This document shows, piece after piece, positions 1 to 17,871 of a stretch of DNA of 64,000 nt; within the stretch, counting starts at the first letter, position 1; every line of letters starts with the position of its first letter. Both the position numbers and the translations under genes were made by a program. This stretch comes from Eledone cirrhosa. Taxonomy: Eukaryota. The notes under the pieces were generated by a model. The model made no database searches, had not been told where the DNA came from, and was given only the letters and a program-made list of their open reading frames with translations. The DNA lies in NCBI GenBank assembly GCA_964016885.1, contig OZ024740.1, forward strand, positions 123,566,001 through 123,630,000. Direction: 5' to 3'.

Positions 1-1531
1 GTAGTTTTTCTAGCACGATCGGCCTTCCATATATTGACGGTCGTTGTTATTATCCCAAAAGTAACGTTTTGGCCCCGATTGCCCTCCGTAGTTACTAACG
101 GTCTGTGTACACTTGAGTCGGGCAATGGCACGTGCGGACACGATTACCTTCGTAGGAATTCAATTTGATTTATTTTACTGCATCTCCTCGTATGTATTTA
201 TTTTGAATGTATTATCCGTGGTGGTGGGTCTTGCCTAATGTGGTATTTCTGTGTTTAATATCAGCTTTGACCCGGGTGTCCTACGCTGTGTGTGTGTGCG
301 TGTGTGTCTGTGTATACATTTATATGTGTATGGGTGTAGGTGGTTGTATATGTCTGTATATAAAAATATATATATATGTATACCGTCTCTGCATATGCAT
401 GTGGTGTGTATATGTGCATATACGTGCAGAACATATTGGTGTGTATAATCTTGAGATGTCCCAATGCGGTGACTTCATGATATTGGCTCTTGAAGCTATT
501 TTTTATATATCTTTTGTATGCGCTGTTGAGTATGCATATTAACCCGCCTGACCCAACTGTATTTGCTTGCTTTCGGCTAGCCCGCCTGCACCTGCTTGCT
601 TCCGGCCCACTTGTCTGCCTCTTGCTGCTGCACGTGAATTCTCCTACCTTCCTTCGATGTACCTCTGTTGACCATTGGACTCCTGCCCGGGTGTGAACCG
701 GTTTGTGATTACCCCACCGCTCAACTGTGTGAATGCACACCCGTGACTTTCGAGTGAACTTTTGAGACTGCCCAACCTGGGACGTCTCCATTGCATTGCA
801 ATGGTCAAGTGATACTGATAACTGTGACACTTAGGGCCTTCGAGGGCCCCTGATATATTCAAGAAATATATTCTAAAAAAATATATATCTTATCTCAATT
901 TACTTTATTTTATTTTATTTTATTTCATTTCATTTTATTTAATTTTATTTATTTTATTTTATTTAATTATATCTTATATTATATTATTTTATTTTAGTTT
1001 ATTTTATTTTATTTTATTTTATTTTATTTTATCTTATTTTATTATTATATTATATTATATTTTATTTTATATAATTTTAATTTTAATTTTATTTTATTTT
1101 ATTTTATTTTATTTTATTTCATTCCTTACCCTGTATCACTATTATCTGTATATTTTATATGTATGTTTTTTATATTTTATTATTATGTCTATTTTTTACC
1201 TATTTTATATTTTATTATTATGTCTATTTTTTACCTATTTTTCACCTATTTTTTATCTATTCTTACCTACTCGTATCTATCTTATCTATTCTTGTCTATT
1301 CTCTTATCCATGTGTATGCTTGTATGTAACTATATGTTGACAGCACCCCGCCCAACTGTGACTGATAGCACCCCTTATTTTTCAATTATTTTTCAATGTT
1401 TATTTTTCAATGTTTATTTTTATTTTTATTTTTATTTTTACTTCCTCAATATTTTTTATCCTTTATTATTTTTTATTCTTTATTTCTTCGATGTCTTGGA
1501 TTTGTTATTGCTTGTGTGATATGTAATCAAC

Positions 1532-1589
1532 CTTTATGCTCTGATGAGTCCCACTTATAGTGCGGATGAAACAATGTTAGCAAGTAAAG
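1532..1589 (+). ncRNA. Minimal type-I hammerhead ribozyme at the 3' end of a non-coding PLE-type UTR (about 1-1720)
   Basis: ctttatgct CTGATGA GTCC-cacttatagtgc-GGAT GAAAC aat GT T agcaagtaaag: stem I TGCT/AGCA extended by CTTTA/TAAAG, canonical core, very short stem III. Confidence 0.75.
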
Positions 1590-1720
1590 ATATGCATATG
1601 CTATAGGCGTTCTTTGTTGTTGATTATATCACGGCTCTGTCCTCAGACATCGAGCTAACCTTATACTGCCTGTTGGATAAGTGGAGTGTTATACACCCCT
1701 GATCCTCTCCCTAATATACT

Positions 1721-1799
1721 ATCTATATATATATATAAATATATATATATTTATATATATCTATATATTTATATATATATATATAAATGTATATATATA

Positions 1800-1849
<50 letters not shown>

Positions 1850-2903
1850 TCTATATATAGTTATATGTTTATATATATATATATATGTTTATATATATAT
1901 TTATACGTTTATATATATATATATATGTTTATATATATTTATATATGTTTATATATGTTAATATATGTTTATATATATATATATGTATAAATAATAATTA
2001 CTGTTTATATATATATATTTATATATGTTTATATATATATATGTTTATATATATATATATGTTTATATATATATAAATGTTTATATATATATATGTTTAT
2101 ATATATATATATGTTTATATATATATATGTTTATATATATATATATATATATATATTTATTGGTATGGACACGTGATGCGCATGAAAGTCGATAGCTGTA
2201 TAACAAAGTGCAGGGCAATAAAGATAGACGGTAGTCACGGAATAGGCAGACCTAGAAAAACCTGGGACGAGCTGATAAACTCCGACATCACACACTTACA
2301 CCTCTTCAAGACAATGTCACTGGACCGAGACCTTTGGCGGTACTCAGTAACAGAGAAGACCCGCCTTACCTAAATATATAGTAAAACCTACTCCAGCCAG
2401 TAGGCATCTCTAACAAAATACACCCGTCCCACCACCCCCACCCCATCCACACCACCCCATTCTATGTAAAGTTATGTTGGTGCCGCGCCATCCAGGCCGA
2501 AGCAAATGAGATCGTGTAGGTGTCACGACAAAAAAACACACAGTCCACGCTGTAATATGGCCGTGTAGGCAACACGGTAAAAACCTCCCAGACCCACACT
2601 GTAAATGTGGTTGGTGTTAGGAAGGGCATCCAACTGTAGAAAACCTGCCAGACAGTCCTATGCGAGCAAGACAATCACTCTTGCCTCAAGTGGGACTACC
2701 CCCGTCCAAACCCATGCAAGCGTGGAACACGGACGTTAAACGTTGATGATGATGATGATGATATGTTTATATATATATATATATATATGATTATATATAT
2801 ATATGTTTATATACATATATATGTTTATATAGATATATATATGATTATATATATATATAGATATATATCTATATATATATATATATATAAATATATATAT
2901 ATT

Positions 2904-2934
<31 letters not shown>

Positions 2935-2991
2935 AAATGTATATATATATATTTATATATATATTTATATATATATATATATGTATATATA
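1721..2991. repeat. (TA)n array with TGTTTATA variants, interrupted by an RTE 3' fragment
   Basis: Directly visible. Confidence 0.95.
2161..2762 (+). mobile_element. 5'-truncated RTE LINE 3' end
   Basis: Encodes WYGHVMRM...GRPRKTWDE (RTE C-terminus), then a 3' UTR and (GAT)n tail; similar to 47666-49750. Confidence 0.85.
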
Positions 2992-3034
2992 CGATTTATT
3001 AAACAAATGGAAACTATATTTATAAAACCATATT

Positions 3035-3100
3035 TATTTCATTATACATATTTCAGGGATACCATATTAAAAATATGGCATGCCTTCGTCAGATAAAATA
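3035..3100 (-). ncRNA. Hammerhead ribozyme (PLE pLTR)
   Basis: Reverse complement: TATTTTAT CTGACGA AGG..CCT GAAA TATGTA T A ATGAAATA. Confidence 0.75.
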
Positions 3101-4525
3101 CAATATATAAACAGTTTCATAAATAATTTTGACGTACCATATTATAAGCGACCATCAAATTAGAAGCTGTCTGGGTAGTGAATTGTTTATAATTATTTAG
3201 TTATAGTGTTAAGCACAGTTAGAAAAAAGACGGAGAGAAAGAAAAAACTGGAGATAAAGAAAAAGCAAAAACGGAGAGGGGGGAGGAAAGGAAGAGAGAG
3301 AGAAAATATAAATATATAGGAAGAAGTGAAAGAGAAACAATAGAGAAATAGGAGAGGCAAACGAAAGCGATAGATACATAATAATTCATCATACACAAAG
3401 ACAAACTCAAGAGAGAGGAGAAAGTGCTATAAATAGAGAGAGAAGGATACAGTTACATCTTTACGTCATGTCATATCAATTTGAATTATCAATTCATATG
3501 AAATGGATAATAAGAATGCAAATATCAATATTCATGAATGAGACAGATATATAATATGAGAAAATAACATTGTTCAATAATGACCATATGTTTAGTTTAA
3601 AACTCTAAGGTCAATATACCAAAATCTGAGATAATATCTTCAAAAAATTACCCTATTTATAAAAATACGGAAATATATATGTATATATATATATACACGT
3701 ATATGTACTTTCTGAAAAAAGAAAAAAGAGAAAATTATGTCTAACTCTAGTCAATAATATAGACATACACATGACTTCACCTGATTAATTTCATAATTTC
3801 TTGTGTCATACAAAAAATTTCTTGTGTTATAAAAATTTCACTGTATATATACATAAATATACGATTAATATTCATGTTCTCACATATATGATTACCGTTT
3901 ATGTATTTAATATTATACATATCTGTAACATATACAAAACCATACCTATATATATATATATATGTATATATAAAATCTGCGTGAGTTTTCCAGCATCTCT
4001 ACGCACATATATACAGACACATGAACACATAAAATAAACTGTATAAATCTTCTATATGCATGTTAATACACATATGGCCCCTGTATAGAGATATTCAAAT
4101 ATCAATATATCAGCACAGAAACATAAAAACATTAAAATACTTTCAACACATTATAGAGTATCTCAGGCCAAAAACAATATGCTTCATATATTTACTACAG
4201 AAATGTACCCTTCCCATATTTCAAACAATATATTGCAAAGTTATTTATAAGCTATCAGAGTCAAATAAATAAAAACCAAAAATTATTCAACAAAAATTAT
4301 TTAAAATATTTTGAAGACCCAGTGATTCTACGGATGCCCTTATATTTAGTATAGAAATTTATCTTGCGTAAAATTTATTTAATACATTGGGAGCATATAC
4401 ACTTTAGAGTAGTTTATTACATCTTTGTTAATATTTAGGAAGGAGGTTTAAAAAGAAAAAGGTGAAGGAATCAAATGATTTATCGTCAGGTTTCATATAT
4501 TAACTAAATTTCTTAATTAATTATA

Positions 4526-5880
4526 CTACATTTTAAATTTATATTTATATTTAAACGTTGAGTTCAATCTATGTCTGCAGCAACTGAATAAATTGCTCCT
4601 TAAATTAAGGGAATTTTTGGACTTTAATATAAAGAATACCTCCTCCACACAGAGATCACATGTCTCTGATGAGGAATTAAAGGAAATTCCCTTTGAGACA
4701 ATATTCCAAAACATCGAATACTCAACATTATCTCGTTTAAGTTGCCAGAGTAGGCTTGATAGCGAAGTTGAGGATTTTTTGTTTGGATCTGTGAAAGAAT
4801 TCTTATGATTATTGAAGCGAAGTTTAAATTCTGTCGAGGTGGAACCAACATAGTTGAAAGAATTTAAGTTAGTTTTAACATTACAGTTGTATACATTTTT
4901 AACTAAGCAATTGTTATTTAACGGACAGTTAGATTTATTTCTACAGTTACAGTTATTTAATTGAATATTGTTTGGGTTATTATTGGTATATTGGTTAGGT
5001 TTTAAATTCCTATTATTAATTCTGTTAATATTTTGTGCTAAATTTTTGGTGGACGAGTAAGTTAATTTTATAGTATGTCTATTAAAAATTGAGTAATATT
5101 TATGTGTTCTAGGGAAGCGTTTGTCAAGAGCATTAAAGAATAGTTTAGCAATATGGGTTTTAATATTTAGTGAAAAAAGGGGGGGGGGGCACACCATATT
5201 ATATTTCTAGTTCTATTTCTTTTTCGGCTTTTGGAATTATTGTAATGTTTTCTATTATAGTTGTTAATGTTGTTACCGTAATTAAAATTGTTATTATGTT
5301 GGTTAGTTTGCTTATTATTATCGATGTACTTAATTTTATCACTATATCCTGCTCTACCTAACGCTTCATTGTAATATTGCGCTTTTTCATCAAAAATATT
5401 TTTATTAGATGAAATTCTTGAAATTCGTTCTTGAACAGAGTTCACTATAGTATTTTTAACAGATCTGGGGTGATTAGAGTTAAAATTGACATAATTCAAG
5501 TTCTCATTTAGTTTGGAAAATGGGTAGTGAAGACATGTGTTGAGATTTAGTGTTACATCCAGGAAATTGACTATTCTATGGTTATTCTCTATTTCTATTT
5601 TTAGATTAAGGTAATTAAAAAATTGTATAATTTGTTTTCTTTTTCTATTTAGTTCACAGTTATTATTTTCAATAAGTAAAAGCATGTCATCACGATATAA
5701 TCCTCCGGTTACACCTGGTATTTTTCTATGCAGCGAATTAATTATAAATAGGCCCACAAGGTCCGTTACCTGAGCTGAGTCAGATGATCCGATAGTTATG
5801 TCAAAATTATTATCTCTATCTGCCCTAGTCCATAGTTGGTTACTAAATTCTATCAATGTTTTCCTTGCCGATAATATGCA
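4526..5880 (-). pseudogene. PLE RT (LYRDD) + GIY-YIG endonuclease, frameshifted at the G-run near 5180
   Basis: FDITIGSSDSAQVTDLVG, GGLYRDD, FLDVTL, SNHP; CNCx5CPLxxxC linker; YVGST...RFNNH; CDLC; CRHR. Confidence 0.9.
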
Positions 5881-6398
5881 TTTCATTGCTAGTTTTACAA
5901 ATAATATGCATTTCATTGCTAGTTTTACAAATAAGCTTTGACGTGCCCTATTGAAATGCAACCATTGTTTTTGGAAGTCATCCGGATAGTGATTTGTTAA
6001 CTCAACTTAACATGACATGACGTAAAGTGTTCATAATCTCCCTCTCTCTATATATAACATTTCTCTCTCTTGAGTTTTTCTATCTGTCTGTTGACTTAAT
6101 ATCTCTCTGTTGCTTTCCTCTGTTTTTCTTATTTCTTCCTTTTTTCTTCTTTCTTCCTTTCCTCCATTCTTTTCTTATCTCTTTCTTTTGTTCTCCATGC
6201 ATCTATCTCTCTCCGATATTTCTCCACGTTTTTTCTTTCTCTCCGTCTTTTTCTTTCTCTCCGTCTTTTTCCAATTGTCCTTAACACTATGACTTATTAA
6301 AGTAATATAAACAAATCACTATCCGGATGACTTCCAAAAACAATGGTTGCATTTTAATAGGGCACGTCAAAGCTTATTTGTAAAACTGTTATATATTG

Positions 6399-6463
6399 TA
6401 TTTTGTCTGAGGAAGGCATACCATAATTTAATTTGGTATCCCTGAAATATGTATAATGAAATA
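6399..6463 (+). ncRNA. Hammerhead ribozyme (inverted pLTR)
   Basis: TATTTTGT CTGAGGA AGG..CCT GAAA TATGTA T A ATGAAATA. Confidence 0.75.
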
Positions 6464-6503
6464 AATATGGTTTTATAGATATAGTTTCCATTTATTAATA
6501 TCG

Positions 6504-7705
<1,202 letters not shown>

Positions 7706-7706
<1 letters not shown>

Positions 7707-8189
7707 TATTGGTAAACGGAATAGAAAATGCTGACAAATTGTTCACAGTTGAAAAATGGTTTAATTAGGAATAAAAGAGTATTAGTGATTGTATGGGTTA
7801 GTATTCAGTTGTGGTTTTAAGTTTTTAAGTTTTTACCGGTTGCGAATTTCTAAATGCTTTTCAAAAATAATTTTGAGATAGAGTGTCCGTGCTGTTTGCT
7901 CTGATCTGATTAGTTTTGGGAATTCTACCTGTTTTTATTTTAAAAAAATGGCTCCAGCGTTATTTTTGTGTTGCAAAAATGCTTGTGGTCAAAACAATTT
8001 TGATTGGTCGGTAGAGGTCATGTGAATGTAAAAAGTTGATTTTGCGCCAAGACTGTTTTTATGTTAAAATGTTAGAAAAGTGGCTCCAGCAAAAATTGTG
8101 GTCAAAACAATTTTGATTGGTCGGTAGAGGTCATGTGGATAACAAATTGGTTTTGCGCCAAGATTGAGAAATGACTCTTTCACAACAAA

Positions 8190-8221
<32 letters not shown>

Positions 8222-8222
8222 T

Positions 8223-8268
<46 letters not shown>

Positions 8269-11043
8269 TAGTAGTAAGGTGTTCGATGCTGCGACAATAG
8301 CCACCAGCGATGTGTGTCAAATGGCTAACGACTTAGTGAACAACTATTCGACCAGTACAATGAGGATGAATCATTAGCCAGAAATAGAAGCAATTACACC
8401 CCTTCAAAAGGTAGAAATAAAATCCTGGACGAATTCTGTGAACACATCACAAACTTCCCTTACCAACACTTGCACAGACAAAAACACAAGCCAAACCTCA
8501 ACAAGAAAGAATGGGAAGAATTAAATAGATTAAAAACCGACAGAACCATTACAATTAAAGAGGCTGATAAAGGGAGTACAGTAGTCCTAATGGAGACAGA
8601 ATTCTATATCAACTTAGCGCTCTCCACTTTGGAAAACGAAACATACTACGAAAAGGCTGAACACTACAATCAACAGAAAATTATGAGAAACCTAAAAACT
8701 CTAATCAACCAATACAAAGAAGGACTCACTAACAAGGAATTCAGCTTCATCACAGACTTCACAAGTAAATCCAGCCTTTTCTACGGTATCCCTAAAGTAC
8801 ATAAAAGCGAATCAATCAGTAGGGCATGCAAGGAAGCCACAGACATAGTCATCAATGTCCCCTCACCCAATGATCTCAAATTAAGACCTATAATAGCAGG
8901 CCCCGCTTGCGAAACGCACCGTCTTAGCAACTTCATTGATACCCTTCTCAAACCCTTCCTCAAGCACATCAAAAGCTATATAAGGGACGACCTAGATATG
9001 CTCAATCACCTCCCTAATATGCCACTTTCTGAACAAACCCTACTAGTGACGTTCGATGTAGTCAACCTATACTCCAACATCCCCCACAACCTAGGAATAG
9101 AAGCTATCCAATTCTGGCTGGATAACTTCCACAATGAACTCCCACAACGCATCAAAAAAGAATTCGTGATAGAGGGACTCAAATTTATCTTGGAGAACAA
9201 TTACTTCGTTTTCAATAACAAACCCTACAGGCAGAAATCTGGGACCGCTATGGGAACGAAAACAGCCCCTACGTATGCCAACCTAGTCATGGGATACCTG
9301 GAAATAACCCTCTACACTAAAGTCCTAAACAAATTTGGAAACACCCTCCACTTACACATTGAAAGGAACTGGAAGCGATATCTTGATGACTGCTTCATCC
9401 TTTGGCACGAAAACATCGAAAAACTTAAAGAATTTCACACCCTTATTAATGGGCTCAACACAAATATTAACTTCACGATGGAATACAGCCATCAACAACT
9501 CCCCTTCCTCGACATCCTCATTAAGATCCATAACAAAAAAATAGAAACAGACATATACTACAAGCCCACAGACTCCAAGCAATACCTCCCCTTCAACTCT
9601 TGCCACCCTAGACACGTTAAAATTAATATTCCCTACAACTTAGCCAAGAGAATCTGTACTATAGTCTCCAATAAAAACATCTGCTACTTACGGCTACAAG
9701 AACTGAAGGACACACTCATAGGCAGGGACTACCCTGCATCACTAATTGACAATGGAATCCAACGTGCCCTAAAACTCAGTACCCAGGACCTTAGACACCC
9801 TAAAGTAAATCAACCAAAACTAAAAGCTCTTCCATACATCTCCACACACAACCCCCTCAACAACGAGGCCTTTGACACCATCCTCCAGAACATCCCTGTA
9901 TTGAAAAAAGACCATAGAATGAACCAAATTCTACGAACACACGATATCATAAAGAGCAAAAGACAATCCAAGTCAATGAAAAACATCTTAACACATGCCA
10001 AAGTACTGCCAACCACAACAACGAAACCCACAGTAAAAAAATGCGATAGACCCAACTGTGGCATTTGCATCAACCTAATAGAGGGTTCGGAATTCTATTT
10101 CAAAGATGGACAACGTTTTATAGTAAAACACAATTTCACATGTGCATCGGAAAATTTAATATATGTATTAACTTGTTCAGGTTGTCGAGAACAATACATA
10201 GGCCAGACCAAAAACAGCCTCCGCCAACGCATGACTGTCCATAGATCCCAAATTAAAATACGGGAATACAGGAAAATACCACTGAGTGAACACATTGATA
10301 CCTGCGCCGCCCAAAATCATTCCAACTTCAGAATCTTTCCCCTCTACAAATTTAAAGATAATGCCACCCACACCCAGCGCATCAGCAAGGAATCTTACTT
10401 CATTAACAAATACGGACCCCGTCTAAACACTTCTCCCTAAGACGAACCCACAACATACACACGTCAACATACATACCTACATCAGCACACATCTCTACCC
10501 ACATATAAACACAATGACACGCGTAAACACACATGCTCTATGGTGCAATACAAAAAAATATATGTGCATATATATGTATGTATATATGTATATATATATA
10601 TATGTAGTGAAAATATATATATCTGTGTGTGTGTGTGTATATATATATAGTGAATATCATTTCACACCTTTTATTGTTAAGATTGTTGATGTTCTATTAA
10701 GAGAACCGATTTTACTGAAAAAATCGAATAATGTACACCATTTTACCAGGGGGGAAAAAAATACTGGTCCACCCACACACGCACACACACACACACACAT
10801 ATATACACAAACACATACACACGCGTACATCAACATACAAAGAGACTTATACACACACACACACACACACGCACTTCTCCGTATAAGACAAATGCTGAAA
10901 AATATCTTTTGACCTTCGAATGAGTCTGCTGTGTGTATGTACGCACACACACACACACACACACACATACACTTATCTTAATAGCCATTTGACACACATC
11001 GCTGGTGGCTATTGTCGCAGCATCGAACACCTTACTACTACTA

Positions 11044-11087
<44 letters not shown>

Positions 11088-11482
11088 TTGTTGTGAAAGA
11101 GTCATTTCTCAATCTTGGCGCAAAACCAATTTTTTATCCACATGACCTCTACCGACCAATCAAAATTGTTTTGACCATAATTTTTGCTGGAGCCACTTTT
11201 CTAACATTTTAACATAAAAACAGGTAGAATTCCCAAAACTAATCAGATCAGAGCAAACAGCACGGACACTCTATCTCAAAATTATTTTTGAAAATCATTT
11301 AGAATTGCGCAACCGGTAAAAACTTAAAAACTTAAATCCACAACTGAATACTAACCCATACAATCACTAATACTCTTTTATTCCTAATTAAACCATTTTT
11401 CAACTGTGAACAATTTGTCAGCATTTTCTATTCCGTTTACCAATATATAATAACTTGTGTGTTACACCTCTATTCTTTTAAC

Positions 11483-11483
<1 letters not shown>
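7706..11483 (+). mobile_element. Penelope-like element (Neptune-like) with an inverted pLTR at the 5' side
   Basis: 7706-8328 is an inverted copy of about 10982-11446; open RT-EN frame between them; extra tail 11447-11483. Confidence 0.92.
8330..10440 (+). CDS. PLE RT + GIY-YIG endonuclease, uninterrupted but 5'-truncated
   Basis: Frame is open from the inversion junction; ADKG, FYGIPKVHK, LRPII, FDVVNLYSNIP, GTAMGT, RYLDD, FLDI, CxxxxCxxC linker, IYVLTCxxC..YIGQT, RMTVH, EH. Confidence 0.92.
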
Positions 11484-12583
<1,100 letters not shown>

Positions 12584-12821
12584 TGCATGCTACTGTACGT
12601 CTGTATACATATATGTATGTACGTATACATACATACTTACATTTAAGTAAGTGCCATACTAAGAGTGAGAAATGAAATTTCGTTTTCATTTTTTTAAACT
12701 TGTCGTTTTCGGTATGCCTGACCGATTTAACTCACTCAATATGCAAATTAGGCTGCTCAGCCGTTAATTTTCATAAGGAAAGTATATACTTTCGAACGTT
12801 CAACTATCTGGCAGATGGGTA

Positions 12822-12866
12822 AACGGTGCTGATGATAGCTAACAAGCGTGAAACTAGTACATCGTT
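12822..12866 (+). ncRNA. Minimal hammerhead ribozyme in a short non-coding insert (12640-13060)
   Basis: AACGGTG CTGATGA tagctaacaagcgt GAAAC TA GT A CATCGTT; palindromic stem III (ACTAGT). Confidence 0.8.
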
Positions 12867-13024
12867 CCTGTGTCAGTGTTGAACAAAAAGGTGACGTGGT
12901 TGCCTTAACACCGTATGGCATAAATTCAGGCTGTTCGGCTTGTTGACAAACAAGCGAACAAAGCTGCGTTATAATAAACGTCGGCTAAACTGATGCGTGC
13001 ATATATGTATGTGTACCTGTATGC

Positions 13025-13065
<41 letters not shown>

Positions 13066-13115
13066 TGCTACTGTACGTCTGTATACATATATGTATGTAC
13101 GTATACATACATACT

Positions 13116-13292
<177 letters not shown>

Positions 13293-13459
13293 ATATTTAT
13301 ATATATATACAGTATTTTCCGTTGTGTTGTAATATAAATATTACACACAGTAGATTATCAGCTCACGTAGAGTTTGCTCGACGGTTCCAGTTGTAGTTCC
13401 AAAAGTAATCCGGAGAAAAATAGAAAGATTTGAATGGATACAGTTTAGTTGAAAGGAAT

Positions 13460-13579
13460 TTATTGACACGTGTTTCTATAACAGTTACATAACCTAAAAC
13501 AGCTGCTATCTACAAACTTTTAGTTATGCAGACATTCAATATTTCAATGTTATTATTTACTGTCATTTCATCAGAATAA
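13460..13579 (-). ncRNA. Hammerhead ribozyme with large stem II insertion
   Basis: Reverse complement of 16695-16814. Confidence 0.75.
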
Positions 13580-14143
13580 TATTACTGAGGACCTATTTAG
13601 TTTTTATAGAGAATATTAGGAGGGAGGGGTGAAGTTGTTAGAAGAATAGTTGAAGGAGTGGTTTTTCGATAGCAGTGAGAATTCTTGGTGGCAGTGAGTA
13701 ATTAGATTCCCATCTGTTGTTTTGACATTTTTTATAGAATATATTATTGGTTATTTTTCTAAATCTATAGAAGGATTAGAGATAGTAAAGATATGCGTGG
13801 TTGGTTTTGTGTTTGCACTTAATTAACATTCAGACTTAAATTTTTCTTTCAAGTGTACGTATCCTTTCACCCACGCATTCATACACACATATATTTGTAC
13901 ACCTCTACAAAATACATATACTCACAATTCACATATTCATGCTTACATATATATATACACATGCATACACATATATATACACACATGTATTCATGTACAT
14001 ACATACGCGCTCATGTGTATACATTTTCATACTCAACTTATCTTTATATACACACGTATAGACATACACATATATACATACATACTCTAGTCCATGTGTA
14101 CACACATACACATACATACACATCTATATACACATACATACAT

Positions 14144-14234
<91 letters not shown>

Positions 14235-14814
14235 CACTTTAATACATGAATACACTTACATCTAACTATACACATCAAACATATATATATATTTACTTAT
14301 TTATATACATTTTCACATATATATACATACTTATGGACGTTTTTAGACACATTCATTATCGCATATTTGCACCTATTCTCATCAGCATATCTTTCCATTA
14401 TTAGTGTGGTAATTTAAGGTTATTAATATATGTTGAGAAGAGATTGTTTTTATATTTGTCTAACTAGATTAAGGTTTATATAGTTGGGGGATGTCCCTCT
14501 TTTATGTAATATTCGGCTTGTAGTGGGAAAAAAGGGTTTTAGTTCTGTGACGGCAGAATAATGTTCGTTCAATTCTGTTATTCAGCAGTTTCCTCTTGTG
14601 TGTGATTATGTGATAAATCTCAAGATTACACAATTTGCAGAAATTTTGGCTCCTGGAAAAGCTTTGGGTTTTAGCTAATTTTTCCCATTTTAGGGTAAAC
14701 TTTTGATCGCTATCCCTGAGCGTCCAAGCTTTTTCTGCTAAAGTTGTTACATTTCTTTGGCTCTGGTGTTTTATTGAGTAAGAATGCCTATACAATCGAG
14801 ATTTAAACGATGTT

Positions 14815-15766
14815 GCCGAGTACTACGATAACGCACTTAGTAAAGCAGGCTACCTCAACAAAATAGAGTACATAGATGGGAACAATCAAAACACCCAAAA
14901 TAAATCCCACATAGGTAGATATAATAACACAACACCAAACCACACTTACTACCATAGTATGCACACCAGTAAACCAACAAACAAAACTAATAGAAAGCGA
15001 TGCAAAGAGTACTTATGGTATAACCCCGAATACAATAGTTCCATTAGTACAAATTTACCAGTACTCTTCTTTAAAATAATTAAAAGACATTTTCCCACAT
15101 CACACAAATACCACAAAATCCTAAACCCTACCACTATAAGACTGTCATACTCTACAGCGTTAAACCTTGAACAACACATAAAAAAGATCAATACTAGAAG
15201 GTTAAACGAAAACACTAAGAACTTAAGTACAAAGAACACAAAAAAAAACAGTAGACAATACACTACAGAACATAAATAAACCACACCTAAGTTCGTCCGC
15301 AATACTACTCCAGAGAAAACCCAACGTACACAACTGTAACTGCACCTATCCTGACAACTGCCCCCTCGGCAATAACTGCCTGGAAAAAAATATTATTTAT
15401 AAGTGTACCATTAAATCCGGAGGCAACGAGTGGTATTACGTGGGATCAACGGCAACATCGTTTAAATCTCGATTGTATAGGCATTCTTACTCAATAAAAC
15501 ACCAGAGCCAAAGAAATGTAACAACTTTAGCGGAAAAAGCTTGGACGCTCAGGGATAGCGATCAAAAGTTTACCCTAAAATGGGAAAAATTAGCTAAAAC
15601 CCAAAGCTTTTCCAGGAGCCAAAATTTCTGCAAATTGTGTAATCTTGAGATTTATTACATAATCACACACAAGAAGAAACTGCTGAATAACAGAATTGAA
15701 CGAACATTATTCTGCCGTCACAGAACTAAAACCCTTTTTTCCCACTACAAGCCGAATATTACATAA
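14815..15766 (+). pseudogene. PLE RT thumb + GIY-YIG fragment
   Basis: YYDNALSKAGY, WYNPEY, LSYST, CNCx5CPLGNNC, YVGST, RLYRH, CKLC, CRHR; frameshifted. Confidence 0.88.
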
Positions 15767-16033
15767 AAGAGGGACATCCCCCAACTATATAAACCTTAAT
15801 CTAGTTAGACAAATATAAAAACAATCTCTTCTCAACATATATTAATAACCTTAAATTACCACACTAATAATGGAAAGATATGCTGATGAGAATAGGTGCA
15901 AATATGCGATAATGAATGTGTCTAAAAACGTCCATAAGTATGTATATATATGTGAAAATGTATATAAATAAGTAAATATATATATATGTTTGATGTGTAT
16001 AGTTAGATGTAAGTGTATTCATGTATTAAAGTG

Positions 16034-16130
<97 letters not shown>

Positions 16131-16694
16131 ATGTATGTATGTGTATATAGATGTGTATGTATGTGTATGTGTGTACACATGGACTAGAGTATGTATGTAT
16201 ATATGTGTATGTCTATACGTGTGTATATAAAGATAAGTTGAGTATGAAAATGTATACACATGAGCGCGTATGTATGTACATGAATACATGTGTGTATATA
16301 TATGTGTATGCATGTGTATATATATATGTAAGCATGAATATGTGAATTGTGAGTATATGTATTTTGTAGAGGTGTGCAAATATATGTGTGTATGAATGCG
16401 TGGGTGAAAGGATACGTACACTTGAAAGAAAAATTTAAGTCTGAATGTTAATTAAGTGCAAACACAAAACCAACCACGCATATCTTTACTATCTCTAATC
16501 CTTCTATAGATTTAGAAAAATAACCAATAATATATTCTATAAAAAATGTCAAAACAACAGATGGGAATCTAATTACTCACTGCCACCAAGAATTCTCACT
16601 GCTATCGAAAAACCACTCCTTCAACTATTCTTCTAACAACTTCACCCCTCCCTCCTAATATTCTCTATAAAAACTAAATAGGTCCTCAGTAATA

Positions 16695-16814
16695 TTATTC
16701 TGATGAAATGACAGTAAATAATAACATTGAAATATTGAATGTCTGCATAACTAAAAGTTTGTAGATAGCAGCTGTTTTAGGTTATGTAACTGTTATAGAA
16801 ACACGTGTCAATAA
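16695..16814 (+). ncRNA. Hammerhead ribozyme with large stem II insertion
   Basis: TTATT CTGATGA aATGACAGT...ACTGTTATa GAAAC ACGT GTC AATAA. Confidence 0.75.
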
Positions 16815-16852
16815 ATTTCTTTCAACTAAACTGTATCCATTCAAATCTTTCT

Positions 16853-17871
<1,019 letters not shown>

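Noticed and set aside
12742-12749. Octamer motif ATGCAAAT as an snRNA promoter element
   Set aside because: No snRNA sequence is recognisable nearby, and the motif is expected by chance in AT-rich DNA.
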